Origin: a bacterium
GTDB lineage: Bacteria > Bdellovibrionota_C > UBA2361 > SZUA-149 > JAEUWB01
NCBI GenBank assembly: GCA_016786595.1
Contig: JAEUWB010000001.1
Coordinates: forward strand, 2,504 to 66,503
DNA length: 64,000 bases
Reading direction: 5' to 3'
Positions 17,902 to 26,515 of this stretch are shown here, piece after piece. How positions within the stretch are numbered: the stretch's first letter is position 1; each line of letters begins with the position of its first letter. Both the position numbers and the translations under genes were made by a program. The notes under the pieces are model-generated. The model did not search any database. It saw only the letters and a program-made list of their open reading frames with translations, and was not told where the DNA came from.

Positions 17902-18633
17902 TTACGTTAACTTTGTTCTTAGTTCCGTCTCAACGTCCTTGGCTTGTTGAAAAATCTGCTCGCTCACGTCGGGAATATGCCCATGTACTACTAAATTTCG
18001 ATGTCTGCTTATTAAAATAAGCTGTTCATACAAATCGTCACTTATAACTTCTAATAAATGGAGAGTATCTACCATTTCTCTGAAAGAGACCTGCCCGTGT
18101 TCTTTTAGCCGTTCTCCATCAGTATGGTTACCCCATAATATACGCACACGCTGTTCTATTTTTATAAAAATTTCCACAAATTCACTTCTGCTGCTTCGAA
18201 AATCACCTAGCACGCTTGAATCAATTTCTTTAGCAAGTCGCTGAGCTGCTTTAGTATATTTTTTTGGATCTATAATTGTTGAGACAAAAAAACCTCCTCC
18301 GACAATTGAAGCTAAAATTAGTTCAACCGTGAATAATTGAATCGATTGAAACCACCACAAAGCATAACAAGTCGGGTACAAATACATTACCAAGAGACTC
18401 CCAATAATGCCAGATGCAGTAACAAGAATTAAAAGTGAAAGTTTTACATGGTAATCTTGTTTAAGAGATTCAAGTATTTCAAACAAAGTTTCATCTGCCC
18501 GTGCAGCACTTTCCATAAGACTATGCACTAACGTGTAACCAGCAATTAAAAACCCTATAAACGTTGCTATTGATTGAGAGGCAGAACTATATACCCAATA
18601 AATGTTATCAGAAACGTCCATGATTATTACCAC
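17902..18633 (-). CDS. Membrane-anchored protein with a C-terminal HEPN-like (RNxxxH) domain
   Basis: 243-aa ORF (GTG at 18633, alternative ATG at 18621). About four hydrophobic helices in residues 1-120. The C-terminal alpha-helical domain ends in LISRHRNLVVHGH (Rx4H). The gene is visibly more A+T-rich than its neighbours. Confidence 0.55.
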   Translation of the reverse strand: MVIIMDVSDNIYWVYSSASQSIATFIGFLIAGYTLVHSLMESAARADETLFEILESLKQDYHVKLSLLILVTASGIIGSLLVMYLYPTCYALWWFQSIQLFTVELILASIVGGGFFVSTIIDPKKYTKAAQRLAKEIDSSVLGDFRSSRSEFVEIFIKIEQRVRILWGNHTDGERLKEHGQVSFREMVDTLHLLEVISDDLYEQLILISRHRNLVVHGHIPDVSEQIFQQAKDVETELRTKLT

Positions 18634-19339
18634 TCATCCCCCGCTCAAAGCCTCTAACCAATCCTTCTGACAACTGATATTTATGACAATATCTGATCCA
18701 GCGTTTTAGTAAGTCCAAACGCCCAATTAGATTATTAGAAATTTTAAAAGCATTGTCGAAATCTATTAAATAAATATTTCCAGCTGCATCAACTATGACG
18801 TTGGCAGGATGAAGGTCTGGATGAAAAATTCCTAATTTAAGAACATCTAGCGCTTGTTCAGCTGCTTTCTCAGCAAAACGTTCAATCAGCACAAGCTCAC
18901 AGTTTTTCTGGTTGAGTTCCGCCAAGTTTCTAGAACCTTCAATGACAGTCGTTGCGAGCATGCCCCGGTATAAAAAGCCTGATCTTTTGACACTTGCTGC
19001 CATCACTTCAGGCACTGAGACATTATTACAGGCTAAGTAATTTAAAATTTGCAGTTCGCGAAAAGGGCGATAGAGCAGCGGATCCTTAGAAAGACTGACA
19101 AATTTATCATGCGAGACAAAGCGCATCATCCCGCCACGTAGATACTGACGCACAATTAATCCCTTGGGTGAGCTTTTATAATAGAAACTTCCGCCGCGAC
19201 CGCCTGTAATTTTTATTCGATCTTCCGCCTGCAAGGTAAAAAGATTGGGGACCTGCGCTCCGATTCGATGGATGTGCAAACTCAAGTCATTCTCTGATCT
19301 ATCTAATGTAAAATTGCCGGGTGGAAAAATATTGCTCAT
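18608..19339 (-). CDS. kdkA: 3-deoxy-D-manno-octulosonic acid (Kdo) kinase / LPS kinase family
   Basis: RQYLRGGM, GIFHPDLHPANVIV and YLIDFDNA kinase motifs. The start is set to the ATG at 19339, giving an ATGA overlap with the upstream stop; the track ORF extends to 19384. Confidence 0.75.
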   Translation of the reverse strand: MSNIFPPGNFTLDRSENDLSLHIHRIGAQVPNLFTLQAEDRIKITGGRGGSFYYKSSPKGLIVRQYLRGGMMRFVSHDKFVSLSKDPLLYRPFRELQILNYLACNNVSVPEVMAASVKRSGFLYRGMLATTVIEGSRNLAELNQKNCELVLIERFAEKAAEQALDVLKLGIFHPDLHPANVIVDAAGNIYLIDFDNAFKISNNLIGRLDLLKRWIRYCHKYQLSEGLVRGFERGMSGNNHGRF

Positions 19340-20430
19340 TTTTGGAGACCTCGTCGTGAGCTCGGGTCGAAGGCAGGCTGACAAGAGGTCAGCAATTGCT
19401 GTACCGCGTTTACTACCATCTCAGGAGTGAGATTTTTGCGGCAAGCATGGGTCCCCGTCGGACAATATTGCCTGCCATGCCGCCCGCAAGGACGGCAGCT
19501 TAAGCCTTCCACACCGAGATTGAGATGCCTGTTTTGCCACGGGCCAAAACCAAATTCAGGCACTGTGGCGCAAAAAATTGCCGCAGTTGGAACTTTAAAT
19601 GCAGATCCAATGTGTAGCGGTGCGCTGTCATTTGTAATCAACAACTCAGACTTTGCAATAACTGCTGCGGATTCAATCAAAGTAAGCTTGCCGACCAGAT
19701 TAAGCACTTGGCTGCCAGTTGTTGTTTCAATCAGCTGCGCAGCTTCCCTGTCACTTGGCCCACCCACTAAACATACAGCGAAATCAGCTGCGTTTAATTG
19801 CCGAGCTACTTCAGCAAAATATTCTGGTAGCCAGCGTTTTGTGAGCCAAACGCTGCCTGGCGCAATTGTTACAATGCGCTTGTTGCCAAAAGTCTGCAAA
19901 ACTTGCGCTGCTTTCTCGCGTGCCGCTTGAGGCAGGCAGAGCTTTAAATCCGCAGGGAGTGTCTGTGGGTCAACGCCAAAATTTCTCACAATCGCTAAAT
20001 TTCTGAGCACAGCATGCTCGAGATCGCGTCCGGGACAAGTCTGGGTATACAAAAATCTCGCTGAAGCTTCCGCAAAGCCGACGCGACGAGGAATGCCTGC
20101 AAGAAAAAGTAGCACTGCTGTGCGCCAGGAGCGGTGCAAACTCACCGCAAGATCAAACTTTTCCCCTCTAAGTTGCTTGGCCAGTCTGAATAAGCCCTTC
20201 AAACCAGCATCAGATCTACGCTTATCAAAAGTAATCACTGCGTTTACATGCGGGTCTGAGCGCACGAGGTCGGCACTTTCCACTGTAGTTAACAGACTAA
20301 TTTTTGCTGCTGGGAAAATTTCCTGCAAGGCAGAGATCACAGGAGTTGAGAGTACTAGGTCTCCCAGAAAACTTGTTTGTACAAGTAAAATGCGTTCGGC
20401 CGTTATACGAGCCCGCTCGTTTTGAGCCAC
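19336..20430 (-). CDS. Family 9 glycosyltransferase (heptosyltransferase II-like)
   Basis: 364-aa ORF with ILLVQTSFLGDLVLSTPV, NDSAPLHIGSA and a C-terminal Cys cluster CRPCGRHG..C. WaaF-like pattern. Confidence 0.85.
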   Translation of the reverse strand: MAQNERARITAERILLVQTSFLGDLVLSTPVISALQEIFPAAKISLLTTVESADLVRSDPHVNAVITFDKRRSDAGLKGLFRLAKQLRGEKFDLAVSLHRSWRTAVLLFLAGIPRRVGFAEASARFLYTQTCPGRDLEHAVLRNLAIVRNFGVDPQTLPADLKLCLPQAAREKAAQVLQTFGNKRIVTIAPGSVWLTKRWLPEYFAEVARQLNAADFAVCLVGGPSDREAAQLIETTTGSQVLNLVGKLTLIESAAVIAKSELLITNDSAPLHIGSAFKVPTAAIFCATVPEFGFGPWQNRHLNLGVEGLSCRPCGRHGRQYCPTGTHACRKNLTPEMVVNAVQQLLTSCQPAFDPSSRRGLQK

Positions 20431-21359
20431 GCTAATTCCTCGCTTAAACCTTGCTCAAGACTAACCTTGGGCTGATACCCAATTTCACGTTGTGCCAAGG
20501 AAATATCCGCCGCAGTATGTCGCGCATCCCCGGCTTGAGTCTCTTGAAAGCTTAAATTTAATTTTCTACCGATTAATTCTTCAAGCACACTGAGCACTTT
20601 CTTTACAGAAACGCGTGAGCCTCCGCCGATGTTAAACACGAGAGCTGAGCTCTGGGCTTGCGCGGCGCTCAAGTTTGCTTGAATCGCATCACTGATGAAG
20701 GTGAAATCACGGGTTTGCTCACCATCACCATAAATCGTCAGTGCTTGGTTTTGTAGACCTGCTTTAATAAACTTATGAAAGGCCATGTCTGGGCGTTGGC
20801 GCGGCCCGTAAACAGTGAAGTAACGTAGACTCGCAGTCGGCACGCCAAATTCTGTCGTATAGAGGCTCATTAAATGCTCAGCTGAAAGCTTGGTCACGCC
20901 ATAGGGGCTGACTGGTTGTGGTTTCATCTTTTCAGTTGTGGGGTACGTTTCCGCATTCCCATAAACTGAAGAGCTTGAGGCGTAGACAATTTTCTTTAGC
21001 GAATTACGCACTGCACGATCTTTAGCTGCTTCAAGTAGGCGCTGCGTCGCTTGGATATTGCTCTCCAGGTAGAGATCAAAACTCTTACCCCAACTGGCGC
21101 GCACGCCAGCTTGCGCTGCTTGATGGAAAATCCAGCTTGCGCCTTCAAGTATTGGCAGTAAATCTAACTTCGCAAGATTTCCCTCGACAAAATTAAATGC
21201 GCGGTGATCCCGTGCTACTTGTAGATTTTTTTCTTTAATTGCGCGCGGATAGTAGTCGAGGAACGAATCGACTCCAACAACTTCGTGCCCATCATTTAAT
21301 AAACGCTCTGTGAGATGTGACCCGATAAATCCGGCACATCCGGTAACAACACATTTCAT
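20403..21359 (-). CDS. NAD-dependent nucleotide-sugar epimerase/dehydratase (extended SDR)
   Basis: 318-aa ORF with VTGCAGFIGSHL Rossmann motif, and SSSSVYG and YGVTKLSAE (YxxxK) catalytic motifs. Confidence 0.88.
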   Translation of the reverse strand: MKCVVTGCAGFIGSHLTERLLNDGHEVVGVDSFLDYYPRAIKEKNLQVARDHRAFNFVEGNLAKLDLLPILEGASWIFHQAAQAGVRASWGKSFDLYLESNIQATQRLLEAAKDRAVRNSLKKIVYASSSSVYGNAETYPTTEKMKPQPVSPYGVTKLSAEHLMSLYTTEFGVPTASLRYFTVYGPRQRPDMAFHKFIKAGLQNQALTIYGDGEQTRDFTFISDAIQANLSAAQAQSSALVFNIGGGSRVSVKKVLSVLEELIGRKLNLSFQETQAGDARHTAADISLAQREIGYQPKVSLEQGLSEELAWLKTSGLV

Positions 21360-21371
21360 CTAGATACTCTA

Positions 21372-21941
21372 TTAATTACTCGTTATTAGCGCTTGTGCTT
21401 CGAGAATACTATTCACGTGCACAGGCACATCGTTTTCCTGACAAACCTTTGCAAGGTGCCGTACTCCATAACCTGTGTGAACTAAGATTGCTCGTGTTTT
21501 TGGCAATCCAATGTTCCACCCAAATTCAAGGTCTGAGAGTTTATCTCCAACCATATACGATTGTCCAAGGTCGATTGAAAAGCGCTGCGAAATCTCAGCA
21601 AACATTGCAGTTTTAGGCTTACGGCATTGGCAGTTATCCTCCGATAAATGTGGGCAATAAGCAATATAATCTAGCGTCGCGGCAGGATCCTCAGCGCTTA
21701 AAAGCTGCTGCATTCTTGCATGAATTTGCTCGATAGTTTCACTAGTTGCTTCACCTCGCCCAATCACTGACTGATTAGTGACGACAAAAACATGAAAGCC
21801 CGATCGCTTTAAATTTCCAATCGCCGCCGCAGCACCTTTGATTAAAACTAGATCCTCAGGTCGGTTGATATAACCTAGGTCGACATTGATCGTGCCGTCA
21901 CGATCCAAAAATACAGCCTTTTGCTTACTTGGTTTCTGCAC
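21372..21941 (-). CDS. gmhB: D-glycero-beta-D-manno-heptose-1,7-bisphosphate 7-phosphatase
   Basis: 189-aa ORF with HAD motif FLDRDGTIN, Zn-binding loop CPHLSEDNCQCRKPK and GDKLSD. Confidence 0.9.
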   Translation of the reverse strand: MQKPSKQKAVFLDRDGTINVDLGYINRPEDLVLIKGAAAAIGNLKRSGFHVFVVTNQSVIGRGEATSETIEQIHARMQQLLSAEDPAATLDYIAYCPHLSEDNCQCRKPKTAMFAEISQRFSIDLGQSYMVGDKLSDLEFGWNIGLPKTRAILVHTGYGVRHLAKVCQENDVPVHVNSILEAQALITSN

Positions 21942-22001
21942 AAAAGTAATATGTCATTCCTATGTTCGAATAGCAATACTTTCTGAGGATCTAGTTCCAG
22001 G

Positions 22002-22124
22002 ATTTAAGGGTTCGGTTGAGGAGAGGTCGCGGCGCAAATTTTTTTCGATGCTGACTTTATTGCAATAAACGAGGCGGAGAAAAAAATTTTGCAACGAAGA
22101 GATCGCCCAACCTAACCCTTAAAT
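22002..22124 (+). repeat. Family-3 structured element, copy B
   Basis: Outer stem ATTTAAGGGTT.GGTTG / CAACC.AACCCTTAAAT. Inner stem GCGCAAATTTTTTT / AAAAAAATTTTGC. Apex CGATGCTGACTTTATTGCAATAAACGAGGCGGAG. Confidence 0.75.
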
Positions 22125-23137
22125 CAAGCGGCGAAGAGTTTAAGTTGAGCTGGACATGTCGGCGGCTTAATCGGGAGCAATAACTTTTCCGGAGCAACTT
22201 GCTTCAGCGCATTAAAGACATGCCGATAAGCGTGGGGTCTCAGCGTACGGAGATTTTTATCAGCAATCAATTTCTTCGAGACTGGAAGATTTCGCAATTG
22301 TTGATCCGTAAATGAAGTACCTACTGCTAAACAACCAAAGGTAATGTAATCGGCATGTTGATTTAAAATCTCTGCGAATTTCCATGCATCGCGGTGCACA
22401 TCTCCGTATGGCAAAATTGGCGAAACGACGAGATTAATTTTAACGCCCTGGCAACGCAGCCCATCTACGGCCAATAAGCGCTCGGAAATACGGGGCTGTC
22501 CTGGGGTATAGCGTTGAACCACGTTTTCTAAGGGAGACTCTAAATGCATCGCCACGATGGCTTGTTCTCTGAGCATCTTTAAAGTTGGTAAAGCAGAAAT
22601 TACCATCGGTGAACGAGTCTGGATCACCAGTAGTTGTGGCGCGTAGCGCTCCAACAAATCAAGCACACCCATGGTCACAGCAAATTTTCGATGCAGGGGA
22701 AGAAAAGGATCATTAATTAGTCCCAGGTAAATCACAGACTGATTTAACGTCCCCTGTTCTTTAAGGGTATGCAAGCGTCGTTCAAGTTCGATCAGAGCAT
22801 CATCCTTGAGCATACTCATTCTGCCTGCAGGCAGAAACATCTCACGAGTTTCCGGCAAGCGTAAATGAAACTGGCTTGGAGTGAAAATGTGCTCGGCTGA
22901 AATTTCATCGGCTGCTTTTTCAGTTTCATGAATTGTATATGTCAGACCATTTGGATAACAGTTAATGGAAATTATATTTGTAGCGTAACTTGACCAAGTG
23001 CGAAGCAACTCGGGTAGATGGGGGTCGAATGTGCGCGAAGACAGATCAATCGGTCCCGCATCAATTGGCGTTGAGCTTGTTATTTTAACCGCCCGTAAAT
23101 CTTCTGGACTATGGCTAGCCCTGGGCTTTGTAGACAT
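22124..23137 (-). CDS. Radical-SAM-like (SplB/COG1533-type barrel) protein lacking the CxxxCxxC cluster motif
   Basis: 337-aa ORF. The segments GLINDPFLPLHRKF, LVIQTRSPMV and TPGQPRISERLLAVDGLRCQGVKINLVVSPILPYGD follow the pattern of that family, but the N-terminal 130 aa contain only one Cys. Confidence 0.5.
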   Translation of the reverse strand: MSTKPRASHSPEDLRAVKITSSTPIDAGPIDLSSRTFDPHLPELLRTWSSYATNIISINCYPNGLTYTIHETEKAADEISAEHIFTPSQFHLRLPETREMFLPAGRMSMLKDDALIELERRLHTLKEQGTLNQSVIYLGLINDPFLPLHRKFAVTMGVLDLLERYAPQLLVIQTRSPMVISALPTLKMLREQAIVAMHLESPLENVVQRYTPGQPRISERLLAVDGLRCQGVKINLVVSPILPYGDVHRDAWKFAEILNQHADYITFGCLAVGTSFTDQQLRNLPVSKKLIADKNLRTLRPHAYRHVFNALKQVAPEKLLLPIKPPTCPAQLKLFAA

Positions 23138-23446
23138 ATAAGTCTCTCCTTAATTAAACCACTAAAAACTGCTTAAAAACCAATAGTCAAAATACTGACT
23201 GCTCATGTGACTATATACTTAAACTAACATAAACTTATTCGACTATTCAAGTAAGTTAAACTTTGATTAGGACGCATGAAGATGCATAAGAATTGCAAAT
23301 TTCTTTAATTATTGCAGTATTTTAATGCGACATAAGAGTATGTCTTAAGAATTTCTCGTAGATAGTCGATAATAAATCAGATAGAAACGGGTTATTGTTA
23401 TCGTGATCTTAACGACTTAGAACCCACAGGAAAGTGAATGTGAAGT

Positions 23447-23596
23447 ATGAAAAAGAGAAATAATGAAAAAGGTTCTGTAGAATTGATTGTGATTGGCTTG
23501 CTTGCAGCGCTCATTATTGTGCTGGCAATTCCGTTAATACGTGACATCGGTCAGAAAACTGAAGCCAATTTACAGAACGTAAACGCCAATTTGTAA
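23447..23596 (+). CDS. Small Flp/pilin-like hydrophobic peptide (49 aa; below the ORF-track size cut-off)
   Basis: Hand translation: MKKRNNEKGSVELIVIGLLAALIIVLAIPLIRDIGQKTEANLQNVNANL. It has a charged leader, then G, then an E-containing hydrophobic helix, as in Flp/class III signal peptides. Confidence 0.45.
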   Translation: MKKRNNEKGSVELIVIGLLAALIIVLAIPLIRDIGQKTEANLQNVNANL

Positions 23597-23680
23597 GGCA
23601 CACGCTAGTCATTACATCTGCTGGAAAGCACGCTTTCCTAGCAGAGGCCTTCGTAGTAAATTTTCGTCTAGCACATTCCT

Positions 23681-24763
23681 ATGTCTAAGCTGAAGGCACA
23701 TTTCTTCTTAATTTTTCTAATCAGTCTAAACGCCTGCACCACAGCACGCAGACCAGTTGTGCCTGGTGAAATTCCAACTCCACGGCCAGTTTCAGTTCAA
23801 GACGAGCAATACGGCCACCAAGTCCTTGAACAATTAAGCAAAGAATACGACCTCGACTATAACGATCCTAGGCTTTCAAAAATTGAACGCGTCGTCGACA
23901 AATTAACTAAAGCTGCAAACGTTGATAAAGCTCCCTGGCATGTTTATCTTTTCAAAGCACCAGAAGTAAAAAACGCGGCTGCAACGCGAGGAAATCATAT
24001 TTTTGTCTGGTCTGGCCTGCTCGACTTCACGCAAACCGAGGAAGAACTGGCGACGGTCTTGTCGCATGAAATTGCCCATTTACTTGCGGGACATACTGAC
24101 CCCGATCCTAATGAACAGGTTAAAAAAATCCTCATCGCAGTAGGCGCTGTCGCGGCAAGTACCGCTGTCTCTACTGTTTCGAACGGCGCGTATTCAAGCC
24201 TCGGCGACATTGCCTCATCACTGACTCAAGGCATTGGCAGTGGAATTTTTTTAAACCCCTACTCGCGCCAGCTTGAGCTTGAAGCGGATCATGTTGGCCT
24301 CTTTATGATGGCCGACGCAAAGTATGACCCCGCACGTGCAGTTGCTTTCTGGGCGCGGGTGCAAGATCATCCGGATTTTCAGACTGGACCACAGTTTTTT
24401 TCAACTCACCCCCCCGCTCAAGAGCGCTTGACTGCACTGCAAAATTATCTGCCCGAGGCAGAGCTGCGCTTCCAAGGAAAAGCAACAAAACAAAACTTTG
24501 CCAGCGCTAATAACATGAGCGTCACTTCTAGCCAGTGGCAGAGCAGTCCAAATAATCAACGAGATAGAATGCTCAACCTCAATCAAAGTCACGCACGAGT
24601 GATCAGTAACCGCGCAATTGTTTATGCATCACCATCAAGTCAATCACGCAAGCTCGGTGAGATCCGGCTTGGTGGATTTGTAAATATTCTGTCAGAGAAA
24701 AATGGCTGGACCCAAATCACTGCGCCAACAAATGGCTTTGTCAGAAGCGCAGATATCCAGTAG
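23681..24763 (+). CDS. M48-family zinc metallopeptidase lipoprotein with a C-terminal SH3-like domain
   Basis: 360-aa ORF with a lipobox-like LISLNAC, the HEIAHLLAGH zinc motif, and a C-terminal ...GWTQITAPTNGFVRSADI SH3b-like end. Confidence 0.85.
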   Translation: MSKLKAHFFLIFLISLNACTTARRPVVPGEIPTPRPVSVQDEQYGHQVLEQLSKEYDLDYNDPRLSKIERVVDKLTKAANVDKAPWHVYLFKAPEVKNAAATRGNHIFVWSGLLDFTQTEEELATVLSHEIAHLLAGHTDPDPNEQVKKILIAVGAVAASTAVSTVSNGAYSSLGDIASSLTQGIGSGIFLNPYSRQLELEADHVGLFMMADAKYDPARAVAFWARVQDHPDFQTGPQFFSTHPPAQERLTALQNYLPEAELRFQGKATKQNFASANNMSVTSSQWQSSPNNQRDRMLNLNQSHARVISNRAIVYASPSSQSRKLGEIRLGGFVNILSEKNGWTQITAPTNGFVRSADIQ

Positions 24764-24797
24764 TAGTTAAAACTAAATACCCTTAGGACACCTACTT

Positions 24798-25577
24798 TTG
24801 GATCTATACTTCTTTACTGCAAATCCCGATCAGATTCGATCAACTAGCTCGGCACAAATTAGCGGCTACGTTGTAGATTGGGAGAAGTGCGACAAGGCAA
24901 AACGCCAAACCGGCGCAAATACGTCCATCTCCAACTACTCCGTAGCTGATTTAGAGCGCGCCAGGAATTTAACTACTAAGCACCTAATTTGCAGAATCAA
25001 TAACCATCCCGCATTAATTGCCACAGAAATTGAACAATCAATTGCTGCAGGTGCAGATGAGATTCTGCTCCCGATGGTAAAAACTGCTGAAGAAGTAAGA
25101 GCTGCATTAGACCTAGTCGCTGGACGGGCTCCGCTTGGCATTTTAATTGAAACTAATGAAGCTGTAGCAATTGCCAGCAAACTCAACGACTTGCCACTTT
25201 CGCGAATATATATTGGGCTGAATGATTTATCGATTTCGCGCAATCAAGCGCATAATATTTTATTGCCGCTTGTCGATGGCACAATCGATGCACTACGAGG
25301 AAAAATCACTCGTCCATTTGGCATTGCTGGTGTGACAATTCCCGGGAAAGGTTCGCCGATTCCTGTTGAACTTTTACTCGCCGAGCTGCTGCGCCTGGAA
25401 GTAGCGTTTACCTTCCTGCGCCGATCTTTTATCAAAGATTCTAGTCCTGACAGTTACGCAACTGACATTGAAAATATCCATCGACTTATAGCAGCGGCTG
25501 CTGAGCTCAAAAATGGTTTGCGACTTCATCGTCGCGAGCAATTTATTCAAATGGTCCAAGCATGCTCGACAAATTAA
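24798..25577 (+). CDS. HpcH/HpaI aldolase / citrate-lyase-beta-like TIM-barrel protein
   Basis: 259-aa ORF with a TTG start. AAGADEILLPMVKTAEEV and ILIETNEAV...IGLNDLS motifs resemble that family. Confidence 0.55.
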   Translation: MDLYFFTANPDQIRSTSSAQISGYVVDWEKCDKAKRQTGANTSISNYSVADLERARNLTTKHLICRINNHPALIATEIEQSIAAGADEILLPMVKTAEEVRAALDLVAGRAPLGILIETNEAVAIASKLNDLPLSRIYIGLNDLSISRNQAHNILLPLVDGTIDALRGKITRPFGIAGVTIPGKGSPIPVELLLAELLRLEVAFTFLRRSFIKDSSPDSYATDIENIHRLIAAAAELKNGLRLHRREQFIQMVQACSTN

Positions 25578-26515
25578 GCGACAAATCAGTGCTAGTGACC
25601 GGCGCAACTGGATTTATTGGAACTAACCTAGTGCACGCGCTGGCCCCTAAAGGAATAGCATTGCATGCTCTAGTTCGCCCGACTAGTGATCCGAGCCGCA
25701 TCAATGAGCTTAGCAGTTACGCCAAACTTCACTACGCTGACCTAAGAGATCAAACTACCCTAGAATCGATTGTTTCGGCGATTGATCCAAATTATATACT
25801 TCATTTAGCTGCTACTCCCGATCACTCCCAAACATTAAGCCAATGTCGCGAGGCGCTAGAGACCAGTATTCTCGGAACATTTAACCTCTTACAAGCTGCA
25901 AGCTCACTTAAGCATTTAAAAAAAGTTATTGTCGCAGGTAGCTTATTAACCGATAGCTACTCTCAAGTAGCATCTGCCGAACTAATCAGTTTTCGTTCGA
26001 TTCCTAAGTCTTCGGAACGCATGCTCGCCACTTGGCTTGCACAAAATCTCAAACTACCAGTTCTAGTTTTACTGATTGCTCGGGCCTACGGGCCGTTTGA
26101 AAAAGTAACGCGTTTCGTTCCACAACTAATCAACGCTCATATACGAAATCAAGTCTTAGAACTTACAGCAGAACCATGTTTTCGTGATTTCATTCATACT
26201 GACGACCTCAGCCAGGCTTTTTTACAAGCAATGACTGTCGAGACTACGCCAGGTGCAATTTTCGAATTAGGTTCTGGGCAACTAACTTCAACGCACGCCG
26301 TTGTGCAGCAGTTTGAAAAACTCATTGGTTGTGAAGTAAAAAAACACCCCGGCAAATATCCCCAGCTTCAAGCTTTAATGCATACTCACGCGGCAAATAT
26401 CACAGAGACGTGCCGAATCCTGAATTGGTCGCCACAAGTAGATTTATCCGCAGGGTTAAGTAAGACATTTGAGTGGTACAAAAATGAATGGCACAAAAAC
26501 AATCCGACATTCTAA
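25562..26515 (+). CDS. NAD-dependent epimerase/dehydratase family protein
   Basis: 317-aa ORF with VTGATGFIGTNLV Rossmann motif and SDR-like length. Overlaps the upstream ORF by 16 nt (operon). Confidence 0.8.
   Translation: MLDKLSDKSVLVTGATGFIGTNLVHALAPKGIALHALVRPTSDPSRINELSSYAKLHYADLRDQTTLESIVSAIDPNYILHLAATPDHSQTLSQCREALETSILGTFNLLQAASSLKHLKKVIVAGSLLTDSYSQVASAELISFRSIPKSSERMLATWLAQNLKLPVLVLLIARAYGPFEKVTRFVPQLINAHIRNQVLELTAEPCFRDFIHTDDLSQAFLQAMTVETTPGAIFELGSGQLTSTHAVVQQFEKLIGCEVKKHPGKYPQLQALMHTHAANITETCRILNWSPQVDLSAGLSKTFEWYKNEWHKNNPTF

Noticed and set aside
19427-20425. Long plus-strand ORFs (167 aa and 110 aa) opposite the GT9 heptosyltransferase gene
   Set aside because: They are antisense to a gene with clear GT9 motifs, in a G+C-richer stretch that suppresses stop codons. 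Their translations are Ala/Arg/Ser-rich nonsense.
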